NCBI RefSeq assembly: GCF_020745735.1
Contig: NC_083429.1
Location: 32,345,877-32,409,876 of the forward strand
Direction: 5' to 3'
DNA: 64,000 bases
Source of the DNA: Hemiscyllium ocellatum
Lineage: Eukaryota
Shown here: piece after piece, positions 51,325 through 64,000 of the stretch
Position numbering within the stretch: position 1 is the first letter of the stretch
How the letters are laid out: the number at the start of each line of letters is the position of its first letter
Program-made: the position numbers and the translations under genes
Notes under the pieces: generated by a model
Database searches by the model: none
What the model saw: only the letters and a program-made list of their open reading frames with translations
What the model was told of the DNA's origin: nothing

Positions 51325-52170
51325 ATTGCAGTAATGCCACTGAACGAGCAATTAAACAGAGGTGGACCAATGCTCTGGGAACAGGTTCAAATCCAGCCAT
51401 GGCAGCTGGTGGAGTTTACATAAAATTTGAAATTTAAAATCTAATCTTAATGATGGTCACCATGATAACCATTGCTCCTCTTAGCATTCAATGACATTAT
51501 TATACCTGAATTCATCATTATCAACATCCTAGGGATTATCATTGACAAGAAACTGAACTGGGTTAGCCATACAAGTACTGTGACTACAAGATCAGGTCAG
51601 AAGCTGGGAATTCTGTAGTGGGTAAGTTATCACTTAAGAGCCCAAAAACCTGCCCAGCGTCCAGAAAGCACATGTGATGGAATACGTTCCATTTGTCTGG
51701 ATGGGTGCAATTCCAGCAACTCTCAAGTGTCTCACACCATCCAAAACAAAGCAGGCCTTCCAATTGACAGCCCAGCAAACACCTTCAACGTTTACTCCCC
51801 TCACCACTGAAGCAGCGTGGCAGCAGTGTGTACCATCAACAAGAATGGCTGCAACAGTGCATCAGGGTTTCTTCTATCGCACCACCCAAACCAGCAAACT
51901 CCACCATTTAGAAGGGCAAAGGTAGTAAGATGCATAGGAATAACATCGCTTGTAAGTTCCCCTCTGAGCCACATACTATCCTGACTTGGAATTTTTATCA
52001 GTTCCATCACTGGATCAATATCCTTGAACTCTCTTCCTAAACATACAATGGGTTTTTCATTACCATTGAGAGATGTTGCAGAGGTTCAAAAACATCACTC
52101 ATTGTCATCTCAAGGGCATTTTGACATCAGCAATAAATGGCCGAGTGAGTGATACCCACATCCTGTGAAA
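51325..52170 (+). mobile_element. tRNA-like SINE head followed by old LINE 3' region
   Basis: ggttcaaatcc B box at ~51384; ORF MEYVPFVWMGAIPATLK. Confidence 0.6.
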
Positions 52171-52519
52171 GATGATTTTAAGAAACTAGTGCGTGCGGAC
52201 TAAATACAAAGGATGTTTTAAACCCCTGCTTTATTTCCCAGTATAATGGACCAAATTATCTGATCCTGTGGCCAAAGTTCTCTCTGAAGCAAAAAATGTC
52301 AACCATCTACCAATCCGTGTCCATATTTTTCCTGAATGGTTTTTATCTAATCTTGACAATGGATGTTATAATGGATTGCAGAGATCTGCAGGATAGATTG
52401 CCCATCTTATTTTGGATATCGACTTTAATTTACCTGTTCTGATTCACATATGTATTATGATCATAGCTGGTGTTATAACTGGAATATACAATTTACACTG
52501 AATAATGAAATATATTGCA

Positions 52520-53085
52520 TACAAAATTATGAGAGGCATAGATAGGGTAGATCTTGAGAATATTTTCATAGCATACATGTCTAAGACCAGAGGGCATAAA
52601 TTTAAGATGAGGAGTAAGGTGATTTAGAGGGGATGTGAGGAAAACCATTTTCACCAGAGGGTGGTGAAAATATGGGAATGCGCTGCCTGAGAGGGGTGGG
52701 GTGGGCCCTCTCACAACATTGAAGAAGCAGCATCTAGATGAGCATTTGAAATGTCAGGGCATAGTAGGCTATGGAACAAGTACAGAAATTGCTGGAAAAG
52801 CTCAGCAGGGCTGGCAGCATCTGTGGAGAGAAATCAGAGTTAAAATTTCAGGTGCATTGATCCTTCTTCACTCCCCCGAAACATTAACTCTGATTTCTCT
52901 CTACAAATACTGCCTAACCTGCTGAGCTTTTCTAGTTATTTCTGTTTTTGTTTCTGATTTGCAACATCTGGTAGTTCTGTCAGCTTTTACAGATAAATGG
53001 GATTTGTCTAGTTTGTTGCTTGTTTGTTGACACAGATATGATGGGTAAAGGGTCTGTTTCTATACTGTATGATTCTATGACTCCA
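52520..53085 (+). mobile_element. CR1 3' fragment interrupted by a PLE mini-dimer
   Basis: aaaattatgagaggcatagatagggt..agagggcataaatttaag..tatgattctatgactc. Confidence 0.8.
52787..52987. mobile_element. Mini inverted dimer of PLE family D ends
   Basis: gaaaagctcagcagg..gagagaaatcagagttaa mirrored by ttaactctgatttctctc..cctgctgagcttttc; flanking tacaga at 52781 and 52988. Confidence 0.78.
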
Positions 53086-53394
53086 TAAGCAACTTAGAAT
53101 CCAGACTAGATAGATGGCTTGGTACTTTTATTTAATAAAGTGATATTCCACTGAAACACAAACATGAACTGATTTCAAATCTTCTAAACATGAAAACATG
53201 CCCCAATACTCCTCAATATCTATTTTGTTCACTTATAAATCTCTGGCAATGCAAACAAATTCTCACTAATTCTCCAGGAACTCCAGTTTAAAAAGAAGGA
53301 CAGAGGATGTTAACAATTAATCATTATATCCTTCACACAGACAGGCTGAACCCCATGTGGTACTTGTTCAAATTCCAACCACGAAAATAAAATT

Positions 53395-53504
53395 GAATCG
53401 AAGAATTGCAGATACTAGAGATCCAACACAAGAACAGAATTTGCTAGAGAAACTCAGCAGGTCTGCTAGATCTGCTGTATTTCTCCAGCAATTTCTATTT
53501 CTGA
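53395..53504. mobile_element. Very short inverted family D dimer with no ribozyme
   Basis: agaatttgctagagaaactcagcaggtct mirrored by agatctgctgtatttctccagcaatttct; degenerate flanking acnaaaataaa. Confidence 0.6.
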
Positions 53505-53894
53505 CTAAAATAAATTATATTAAAAGATACATAAATCAGATGACCTGTATTATAGTTTTAAGTGCCTTCTGAAGCCAATGCTGAGACAAGAATCTGTCCA
53601 ATACTGTTCAACCAACTAGCTTAACTTATTGAAGTTCAGAGACTGTATAACACTGAACGTTATGTAGTATAAAAACCAGAGTGAAAATGTAAACAACTCC
53701 TCTCATCCACACCATTCTAATTAAATTTACTGATGTTTGTGAAATGATTGTTGAAACTAAACTAAGTAAACGTTAAACTGACACAGTTTTGTTAAGGAAG
53801 ACTATGGCAGGTTATGAAACCAAGGAGATCAGTTGGAATTATGGTACAGATCAGAGTAATCACATTAGATGGTACAACAACCACAATTGGGTTG

Positions 53895-54278
53895 ATTAGA
53901 TGATTAGATTACTGACAGTGTGGAAACAGGCCCTTTGGCCCAACAAGTCCACACCAACCCTCTGAAGAGCAACCCACCCAAACCTATTCCCCTACAATTA
54001 CCCCTTCACCTAACACTATGGGCAATTTCGCATGGCCAACTTACCTAACCTGCACATTTTTGGTTAATGGCTAGTTCTGTTCTTATATACTCAGTGCAAC
54101 AGAGACAACTTGGCTTTAGAATTTTGCATTGCTCTTTCACTTGAATTGGTATTCTTGGCATGTTTGCAAGCGCACAGTTAGTAATTAGAATCCATATTGT
54201 GTGGAAACAGGCAGTTCAACCCCAGGCCCCTGGTGCTGTGAGGTAACAGTGCTAACCACTGAGCCACCGTGCTGCCCC
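53895..54278 (-). mobile_element. Two HE1-type SINE pieces (53895-54063 and ~54190-54278)
   Basis: tagat tail and body; head gtgctaaccactgagccaccgtgctgccc. Confidence 0.78.
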
Positions 54279-54939
54279 TTGATGATGTAGATTGATGGTA
54301 TGCAACAATTTTGCTAAGATAAGGGGCCATGTGGAGCAACTAATCTTGGAATGTGAACAGAAGCCTAAATCAGACTGCTGAGGTAAATATCTTTCTGGCA
54401 TTTATAAGATAGTTGGATTTGGCTGCATCAATTCAGTTTTAAAGTCCTTACTGAAAACTTACTTCAGGGTTGATTATGAGGAGTCAATGGAAGAAGGAGT
54501 CAATTCCTTTATTATCCAACAACATTAAACAATTCAGTCTCTGTTTGTAAACTCCAGTTTAATTACAGCTAACTTTATTTGGATTAGGCATTTATTCAAT
54601 TAACATATCACAGATACTAAGACAATATTGCCAACCTATGAGTTGAAACTCATACTGTGGTATTGGCACTGTGGCGAGAGTACTGATGAATAACTGATAA
54701 GCAACACAAATTGGCATATTTCTGACATTAAGTTAACAATTTCAGAGTAACTATTGAGGGCAATGCAAGAGGAAATTCAACTTGATGGGTCAGCTATGAG
54801 GCCTACTATGGAGAGAGGACAGTAAGGATTGGATCAGTGATCACTGTACAGTAATCCGGTCCACCTGTCTTGTTAGCCTGAAGAACAATCCCCATCTGGA
54901 CTGACCACATCCTGTCAGAGGCTAGCGTCTTTCCTGGTT

Positions 54940-55480
54940 TCAGGAGTCCAATTTTTCTCCACGATCTGAGCTTGCAAGTTTGAGAACTACAATCCAGCTT
55001 TGTTACTAATGAAGCCTCCTTAATTGCATTTTAATGTTCCTATCTCTTATTACTTCTTTAGAGTATCCTTCAGCTTCCTGTCCCAGATAGATCCCAGAGG
55101 ATGATGCAGTCAAACAACTTCACCTGCTCTTTTGATATGGAAATCAGATACTCTGCTTTACTTTCCTTGTATTCTGCTATAAAATCTCTGCTTTAAGTGT
55201 GTCAGCCTACTGCATCTCCAAACTCCCTCATCAGTGCCTCAAAGATCCACTGAGCATGCCTTTGAACATCTGTACCTCTTCCCAGTATTTCCCAAAGGGC
55301 TTTCCTGCACAGATGCTCCTTTGCCTGCTCACTCTTGGTGAGGCCTTTGGTTGCTATAATCAGTTATGTTGCCTCGATCCAGTTTTCAATCTTTAAATCA
55401 CTTATCATTTCTGGTCATTGCCTGAAACTATTGGCAAGTAGAATATCTGATCAGGTGTATCACTTTCTTCCTCTATAGCC
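54940..55480 (-). pseudogene. Gypsy gag capsid relic (PNMA-like type)
   Basis: Manual translation: LPIVSG..IENWIEAT*LIIATKGLTKSEQAKEHLCRKALWEILGRG..IFEALMREFGD; LKQRFYSRIQG; IRDRNIKMQLRRL. Confidence 0.7.
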
Positions 55481-58400
55481 TTGCAGGAATGCAAATGGGG
55501 AGCCTCTGCCTGAGCTTAGTTGAAAGGTTTGTTTGCTTCCACCAATGCCTGAACATCCAATGAAACCTGAGCATCTTCAGCCTCTCATGTGAACAATGTC
55601 AGTTTCAAGTCCACCATCATCTGCTCCATCTCAGCCTGTCAACCTTATCTGCTCTGTGCTGTGGAGTCCTTCTGACTGAACACATGGGCTGTGCAAAGAT
55701 GATGAAGCAGGGATTCTTTGTTCCACTGCCATCTGATCATTACAAACCTGAAGGGCAATTAAAGTTAAGCACAAAATATATTTGAAAACATAAAAGTATT
55801 AATATGGAATTGTGCCTGTGGTTTGCATCTGATAGAGAAAGTACTATCTAGTTTTTCTTCATATCAGGTCTCTTCCCCCCCCCCCCCCCCTCCGCCATGA
55901 TACCTTTTCCTTCACAGAAGGCTTATTTGTCTGCTCCAACTGTTCTGCTCAGTGTCTCCATTTTAGTTTCCACCTACTGTTGGTGGTCCCAACACAACTT
56001 CTCCAGTTGTCCTTCTTCACTGTCACCACTGGCTGTTGGAGATTCCACCAAAGGAGCTTCAAGAAGACAAGAACTGACATGGTCATTGGTTAATCCAAGA
56101 CCTGGAAATATTAACTACAGATACCAGTTGCAATATATGGAGAATTTTATGGTCCCTCTCAGTGGCATTTCTTATTGAGCCTAAAGATCTAAACAAAAAA
56201 ATACATTCAAAAAATACTTTGGAATTTTCCAACCCTTAGAACCACTGTAGACATTATACATTGATGCTGTTTTGTAGAATATTGAAGAACCGTAACCAGC
56301 TGTGAAGAAAATAATGTTCAAATAACATTTCTGCACTTGGTGCTCTGGTAACTTAATCCAAAGCACAATCACCCTACCAACTAAATGCACATATAACGTA
56401 CAAAAATAAACAGTATTTTTCTATTTGTCAAAACTGGCATTGTGATGCAAAGCAGTTTTAGGATTACTGCTGATCTTAATCGAGGGTGTTTTAAACAAGA
56501 TTATATTTTAATTTCAACACTGGGTATTAGCTTCAATATCTGGGGATTGTGTGAACTTGCTATTCTGCTGCTGACCTTTCATTTCCCTTCATGTCTTGTC
56601 TGCATTGATGTTTACTCTGAGATATTGGATTCAGTTGCTCCTCAATAAAGAGTGATCACACCACAAGTAATCCTCACCAGTGAAAAAAAAGAATGAAAGT
56701 TAACAAGTGCAGGAGCTGATTTTAGAAAAGGATGCTAATGTAAATTAAATGATAAATTCTAGCTTGTGAAAACAGATTTAAAATAACAGAGGATTTTGTT
56801 AACAAGATTGATTTTTAGTGAACTTGATTATAGGGATATTTCACTTGCAGACAAATTAGGTCCAATCCTGTTAAAAGTCAGGAATGGAATGGCAATTACC
56901 ATCGACAATGGATTTATCACCTACTTTTGAAAATCTATTTGTTCTGTAAATTATTTGTGACAACATCCATCAAAACAAATCTTCACCTCTACAAAAGGTA
57001 CAAATTTAATGAGTTCTGCAGTTTACCCAAATAATCTGCATCATACAGCCAAAGTAAAAGAAAATCCAAGACAATGTTTTATAAATGATTGTAGGACCCA
57101 TATCCCATCTATTGTTCCAATTGCTTCTTTCAAGTCTATTAGTTGTATAAAAATAAAGTTGATCCTGCACTGGCAAAAATACCACATTCCGCCACGGTGA
57201 TAAATGTAAAAATGTGTATGGGTAAGTACCATACGAACAGAACTAAAAATGGGAAAGGTTGGTCCCCTGACATTAGACCGAAAAAAGTAATTTTTCATAC
57301 ATTTTGTGTAAATTAGACAATGATTTTCCAGGGATCAAATTGCATTGAGATTATTAATTATTTATCAGTGATTTCTATGGTTCAGTAATCTAAAAGCAAG
57401 CACTAGAGCTTTAAATTCTCTCTCTATTAATTTTAGTGTCAATCTTCCAGCAAATCAGTTGCACTAATGTGTACCTAATGTTCTATCACAGAACCTTTCT
57501 GAAGAATAGCAAGCACACAGCGTCATTTAAACTGGGGACAAAAGTTGCAGGATCAACAAAATCGTTAAATTATCAAATGCAGTGCCATTTGACTCTGCTT
57601 CCATAGATGTGAAAAAAGATGAAATTCCAAAATTAGTCAAGGTGTTATGTGATGCACAAGAACCATGGAAATGATGTGATTAAACACGCCATCTGAAAGC
57701 AAAAAAAACTCACAGCATCTACCAGCTGACCTTGACAGTAAAACTAAACAAATTTACAGGTTTATTATCAGACATCAAAGGAATAATCTGTAACAGTTGG
57801 TCTGCACTGGTATGTGGATAAAATGCTGATAAACTTTGACATGACGGCAAATAAGAATATTACTAAGAGTGATAAAACAATCTTTTCAAGTCAGCTGATC
57901 ATCCATCTTGTATAGCAGATGGCACAAGATTAAATGATAATGTTTCAAGCACAAAGTTCTCCAGCAAGAGAAATTTCAGAAAGGTGTGTATTCCTGTGTT
58001 CCCAAGAAAGGCTGGATTGGTTGCATGAAATGAATAAACGTATTGTAGATCTCAGGACCAAGACGAACACACAAAGAAGCAGGTTTCTTCATCTTGGAAA
58101 TGGTGAACTCTTACCTTGTTGATGTAAAATTGATGCGACACCAACCAAGAGGAATGTAGTAGTTATTGCTGTGTCATTACAGACCAGAGTCAGTGTATCT
58201 TTAAAACTGTGACATGCCATCACAACATGTGACTCTCTGAGTTAGAAGTCCTGGCTGCAGTCAGAGTCCAGCTCTGTGACCATGCAGTGTGTTCAGTCAG
58301 TTACATATATGTAACACAATATAATTGGTCAGTAAGCACAGAACCCCAACTATGCATAAGTTTGAGATTTTGTGACAGTATAAAATGTCAGTGCTTCTAA

Positions 58401-59199
58401 TAAACTTCAAGGCATGTCTCAACACAAACTCAGTCTTAATGGGATGCATTACATGAGCTAACATATAGGGAAATGCTCAGACCATGTCATATTGGTATAT
58501 GCATTTCAACCAAGAAAGCATGTCAGTTACTTCTAGTTCTCTTAGGATTGTGGTCAGCCCAAACATCTTAAGAACAACATTCAAAAGATATAAAACAATT
58601 GGACTGTGATAGAGTTACATAACTGTTAGCACCAACTGTTTATATACACACTGCCTGAAAAGTAGTTCTCCTGATATCAAACAAATTAAATATTGTTTGA
58701 AAGGATTCCTTGGTAACATCACTACCTCTGAGCCATGAGGTCTTGGTTCAAGATCATCTGTTTTACAGATATGTAATAAAATCACTGAGCAGGTTGATTA
58801 GAAAACATCTGGATTATGGGTTTGTTGGGGTGTATAATTACTAGGCTAAATAATACTGCCAGTTTTACTTCATTGTCAAGGCAAACATCTACCACACTAT
58901 GATTTAGTTCTCCTTGAATTTACTTGTTCTTTAATTTTAAAATAGTGTGTTTATTTTTGAGTGCATATTGCAGTCAAAGCACAATTACTTGACTTAATAT
59001 TTGTTGACATTTTAAGCTCTGTGTATAATCGTTAAACTGGATTCATAACATCTGTAATAAATTCATTCATTGGCTGAAATAGATCTAAATTAATAGGACC
59101 TAGACAACAATGTGTGAATCATAATGTTGGTAAAATAGGTTTTGACAAAGTAAAGAAGGCTGGTAAAGATACTTCACTGAAGTATGTCGGGTTTGTCTC

Positions 59200-59295
59200 A
59201 AGACACTACTCTGTCAGAAGGTCATAGGGTCAAGTCCCAATCCAAAAAATTAAGCAAATAATCTAAGCTGACATTCCAGTGTTCTTCTAGACTGG
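59200..59295 (+). mobile_element. Ancient SINE head (DeuSINE/SacSINE1-like); probable relatives at ~28200, 40200, 58700, 61100 and 63350-63700
   Basis: gtcagaaggtcatagggtcaagtccca..aatctaagctgaca; family name from recall only. Confidence 0.45.
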
Positions 59296-61739
59296 TAGCC
59301 TCATAGAAAGATCCCATTGACAGGAGCCAAGTTGTGAGTCTGTTAAAGTTCTGGGAATTGCAATAGAATTCCTCCCCAGTGTTGTCCCACTGCAGTGGAA
59401 AATTCCCAGCAGCAGAAATATTGATGATTTTGCTTCCTACCTGAATAATCAACGGCTCAGTTCAGGGTGAGTTTTTTCATCAGGTGCAAGGAAGCAAGCT
59501 CTTAACATCACTTCGAGCAGGTACATTGCAAAGGGATGCTGTGCATGATGCTGACTCCCCCTCAAAATGATGCCCCAACTGTCCCATCATTGCCACTGGA
59601 GGCATTTCCCTTTATTTCTTGAGCATTGCTTGCTTGGCCCAAGTTAAAGTTCATGTAGTGTTTCTCATTCTCAAGGGGCCTCAAAATGGAGGCATCCTCA
59701 TGTCCACCTTGACACCTAAACAGTGCCCTCCACTTTTCATGCTGCTAAAGCTCCATTGCTGCCTGCATTCTTATTGGTTATGAGTTATGAGTTATTTGCT
59801 GTCACATATATCTAGAAAAAGACAGTTTTGTCATCACAATCCAGCACTATTTTGAGTTATTAAAAAATGAAAAGAAATTACATAAATAGAGTTCATCTTC
59901 GGTACAAAGGGTCATCAAACATAGCTCCAGAGCCTCTGTAAGGGGTTCCCACTCTGGGCACAGCATTAATGACACCACCAAGAGTCCCTGGTCCAGGGAC
60001 CAGTTCTGCTGCAGCCAACAACCTGCAGCCAATGAGCACTGCCACAGACAATGAGCAATGCCAGGACAGTGTTACACTGAGGCTGTGTCTGCCCTCTCAG
60101 GTGGATATGAGAAATCCATAGCTCTTGTAGGAACAGCAGAGCTCTTGCATTGGAAATGTCTAATCTGTGTGCTGATGAAGCATATGGTGGGAACTGACAT
60201 TGCTTCTTGTACTGCAGTTGATGAAGGTGAACCTCCTTCACCAACTGGACTGTGTTTTGTTTTATATCACGATGCATTCTCAATGATACAGCCAATAACT
60301 ATTCTGAATCTTTACTCCATTTGGAACTAGCTCATAGATAAAATGTCAATTTTCTGGATGTGTACTTTGAATCTGAAGCAGGCAGTTAATAACACTAATT
60401 AGAAAGATATCCAATATTGAAATTGCAGAACAATTTAGGACCATTTACTAGTGCACTGGCCCATAAGCTATCTAAATTGTTTATAAGCATTCTGCCTTAT
60501 AATTTTATCCAAAATCTATCTTACTGCTTTGGGAGATTAACTAGAAATATAAAGCTATCAGTCAATCTGACTTTAGATACTATCTTAGATTCCAGTCAGT
60601 TAAGCGTTTCTTCAGTGGCCTACCGCCGCCACTGACCATTTTGTACTTTCTACACAGTATTTTCTTTTGAGAAGTCATTTCACATCATTGATTGTTTTTA
60701 GCGTAATGATTTTATGCTACTTCCTGAAACTTAGACAGCTGCCTAACATTTTATGCTATCATTTCCAGGTTATTCAGTTCTTCCCGATGTTGTGCTGAGA
60801 TGGGAAAGCACCTTGATGGATGGGAAAATGTCGATTGAGAATAAATAGCTGGGGTACACTGGCAATTAATGCTTCCTCCTGAACTAGCTCTTCTCCTTTC
60901 TTGGTAGTGCCACAGAGTGCCAGATTTATTTGTGGTGCTGAGCATGGAATAAAAATCATGTGCAAAGTAATTGGATTGACATCATTTTTGATTATTTGCA
61001 GTCAGTTTTTTTTTGAGGCACTGGCAAATTAAAGTTACGGATTTGTGGTAATTGTTTTAAATTATTTAAAGAAAAAACTTTGTTGACACGTTTTAACAGA
61101 CCTCCAAGGCAAGTGGGACTTAAACCCAAACTTACTGGCTGAGAGATATGAACACTTGCCTTGCACCACAAGAACACTAATTGTTAGTTTTCTGTTGAAT
61201 AAATTAATCAATTAAATATTAACTAATTAATAATCAATTATAACCAATTAACACTAGTTTGATTTGTAAAAGAATATTGGAGGTTTTAATATTTAGTAAG
61301 GATCTAGCATAAAGGTTAATGTTTTACAGATTTTTCCCCCGTTCGACATGTTTACTGTGATTTAATTTAAACTGGTTTATTTTTCTTCCCATCAACATCA
61401 TTTTCGCAGCATGGTTATGTGCATGTGACTCTTAAACCACACAGTCCATTAGAGCAGAAATCCAGAAGCAGGAAATGCTCCACAAAAAAAACACAGGAGG
61501 TCTCATACAGCTGTCAGGCTCAATCTGTTAATCAAAGGGCCTTTTCTGTGAACTTCTAGTGGGTGACCTTTCTTTAACTATTGCACATTCATTTTATTTT
61601 GGGCAATATTCACACATACTGCAATGCTATACACCTTGTTTAATATCAAACATAGAATCTGTCTATGACAGCCATGGCCAACATAAAATCCTTGTTTTGT
61701 TCCTCAGACATGAAACAATCCAACAACACAAATATTGCT

Positions 61740-62817
61740 TAAATGGCTCAAAGGTAGAAGACAGAGGGTGGTGGTGGAGGATTGTTTTTCAGACTGGAGG
61801 CCTGTGACCAGTGGAGTGCCACAAGGATCGTGCTGGGCCCTCTAGTTTTTGTCATTTACATAAATGATTTGGATGTGAGCATAAGAGGTAGAGTTAGTAA
61901 GTTTGAAGATGACACCAAAATTGGAGATGCAGTGGACAGCAAAGAGGGTTACCTCAGATTACAACAGGATCTTGATCAGATGGGCCAGTGGGGCGAAAAG
62001 TGGCAGATGGAGTTTAATTCAGATAAATGTGAGGTGCTGCATTTTGGGAAAGCAAATCTTAGCAGGACTTATACACTTAATGGTAAGATCCTAGGGAGTG
62101 TTGCTGAACAAAAAGACCTTGGAGTGCAGGTTCATAGCTCCTTGAAAGTGGAGTCACAGGTAGATAGGATAGTGAAAAAGGTGTTTAGGATGCTTTCCTT
62201 TATTGGTATTAAGTACAAGGTTTAGGAGGTTATATTGCTGTTGTACAGGACATTGGTTAGGCCACTGTTGGAATATTGCATGCAATTCTGGTCTCCTTCC
62301 TATCGGAAAGATATTGTGAAACTTGAAAGGGTTCAGAAAAGATTAACAGGGATGTTGCCAGGGTTGGAGGATCTGAGCTACAGGGAGAGGCTGAACATGC
62401 TGGGGCTATTTTCTCTGGAGCGTCGGAGGCTGAGGGGTGACCTTATTGAGATTTACAAAATTATGAGGGGCATAGATAGGATAAATAAGCAAAGTCTTTT
62501 CCCTGGGGTCAGGGAGTCCAGAACTAGAGAGCATAGGTTTAGGGTGAGAGGGGAAAAATATAAAAGATACCTAAGGGGCAACTTTTTCACGCAGAGGGTG
62601 GTATGTGTATGGAATGAGCTGCCAGAGGATGTGGTGGAGGTTGGTATAATTGCAACATTTAAGAGGCATTTGGATGGGTATCTGAATAGGAAGGATTTGG
62701 AGGGATATGGGCCTGGTGCTGACAGGTGGGACTAGATTGGGTTGAGATATCTGGTCCGCATGGACGGGTTGGACCGAAGGGTCTGTTTCCATGCTGTACA
62801 CCTCTATGACTCTATGA
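61740..62817 (+). mobile_element. CR1 3' 1.1 kb, relatively young
   Basis: ORFs LGPLVFVIYINDLD..KFEDDTK and LYRTLVRPLLEYCMQFWSP..; ctctatgactctatga tail. Confidence 0.95.
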
Positions 62818-63699
62818 TTTTGTTTCTTCTGAATATCTCAATTGAATAAGTAGAATTATCCTGCTAAGGCAGCCTACAGAAATCAACACAGCATAACAAC
62901 AAATTTTCAGAATGTAGCTTTAATTAAGTTCTGTTACCAACACATTGGCTTTCCAGAATAACTACCTTTCACTTGAAGTGTGAGAGAAATAAATTCATAC
63001 AAAGCTATCGCAATAGAATTATTGTTCAGGAAATGTAGTTGTATATATTATCCATTAAAGTTAAAACACATTCTAGAGTTATACAAACTAATTATTTCTC
63101 ATCTGATCAGGACTGATTTTATCCTGAGTTTGTAAGATGCCATCCTTGTTTCCATAGAAATCACCACAAAAGCTGAAAAATCTTATTCTGAGATCAAAGG
63201 AGCTGTTTTACAGACAGACCATATGACAAAGAGAGAGGAATATATTCAGCTTTCCATGTGAAGGTTTTTATAGAATTGGTGAGTGCTCTTAATAGCATGA
63301 GTGACAAAAAGCCAATGAGACAATGTACACAAACTATGAATAAAAGTAACTATGAGTTGCAACATTTTGGAGAGGTGACCAAGTGGTACTGTTAACAAAG
63401 ACTAAAAAGGATTGAATCAGTATTAATCACCCCAGGACATCCTAAAGTGCTTCAAAATAATTGAGATACATTTTTGTTTGGATGTGCATTGAATTGTGCT
63501 GCGACAGCCAATTTGTTCACAAAATTACCCCGCAAACAGCAAGGGGAAAAGTTGGCTGGATTACCTGGTTTTGTGTCCTGATTGAGAGAAATATGAAATC
63601 AGACATCAGGAGAAGCCTCAGACCATATTCTAATAATACATTAGAGTCTTTCTCAGGAACCTGAGAGAACAAACAAGGCATCACTCATTGTCATCTGAA

Positions 63700-63880
63700 T
63701 GACCATAAGAAATAGGAGCAGACACAAGCCATTCAGCCCGAGGAGTCTGCTCTGTTATTCAGTGAGGTCATGATGAATTTGATCATCTTCAACTGCACTT
63801 TTCTGTCTTTTCCCCAATTGCTTGATTCCTTTGCAGGTTTTTATTCTATCTACCACATGCTTTGAATGTAGTTAACAAAC
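63700..63880 (-). mobile_element. Old CR1 tail
   Basis: ccataagaaataggagca..gccattcagccc. Confidence 0.6.
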
Positions 63881-64000
63881 TATATGGTGAATTTTAAAAA
63901 CCAGACTCCTATTCAACAGAGACTTCAACTTAAAAATATGAATGAAGTGTCTTGTATCTCCATTGTGTAATGCTCAAACCCCTCAATGTTCAGAGCCGAA

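Noticed and set aside
34248-52987. PLE targeting preference for CR1
   Set aside because: CR1 is abundant and the sample is too small
59400-60300. Third Harbinger relic
   Set aside because: Only faint motif matches; strand not determinable
1015-63664. Short ORFs as host genes
   Set aside because: Those I could identify are transposon fragments or their antisense frames; the rest show no recognisable domain or exon chain

Overview
Repeat-dense, AT-rich vertebrate non-coding DNA, almost certainly from a shark (HE1-type tRNA SINEs and CR1/HER1-type LINE tails). I can support no host protein-coding gene; the listed ORFs are transposon fragments or noise. Contents: many CR1 fragments (one near-full-length copy with Zn-finger/SGNH-esterase ORF1), HE1 and older SINEs, an RTE fragment, Gypsy relics (373-3300; gag at ~54.9-55.5 kb), PIF/Harbinger transposase relics and a 159-N gap. 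The standout signal is Penelope-like elements (PLEs) of about four families whose 3' ends carry minimal type I hammerhead ribozymes. They repeatedly occur as head-to-head inverted dimers of ~0.1-3.7 kb. Four are bounded by one clean 13-15 bp target-site duplication. In those, one arm has the full 3' tail and the other is ~40-70 nt shorter. The short versions are joined at or near the ribozyme and look like MITEs. All coordinates were read by eye and may be off by a few bases.
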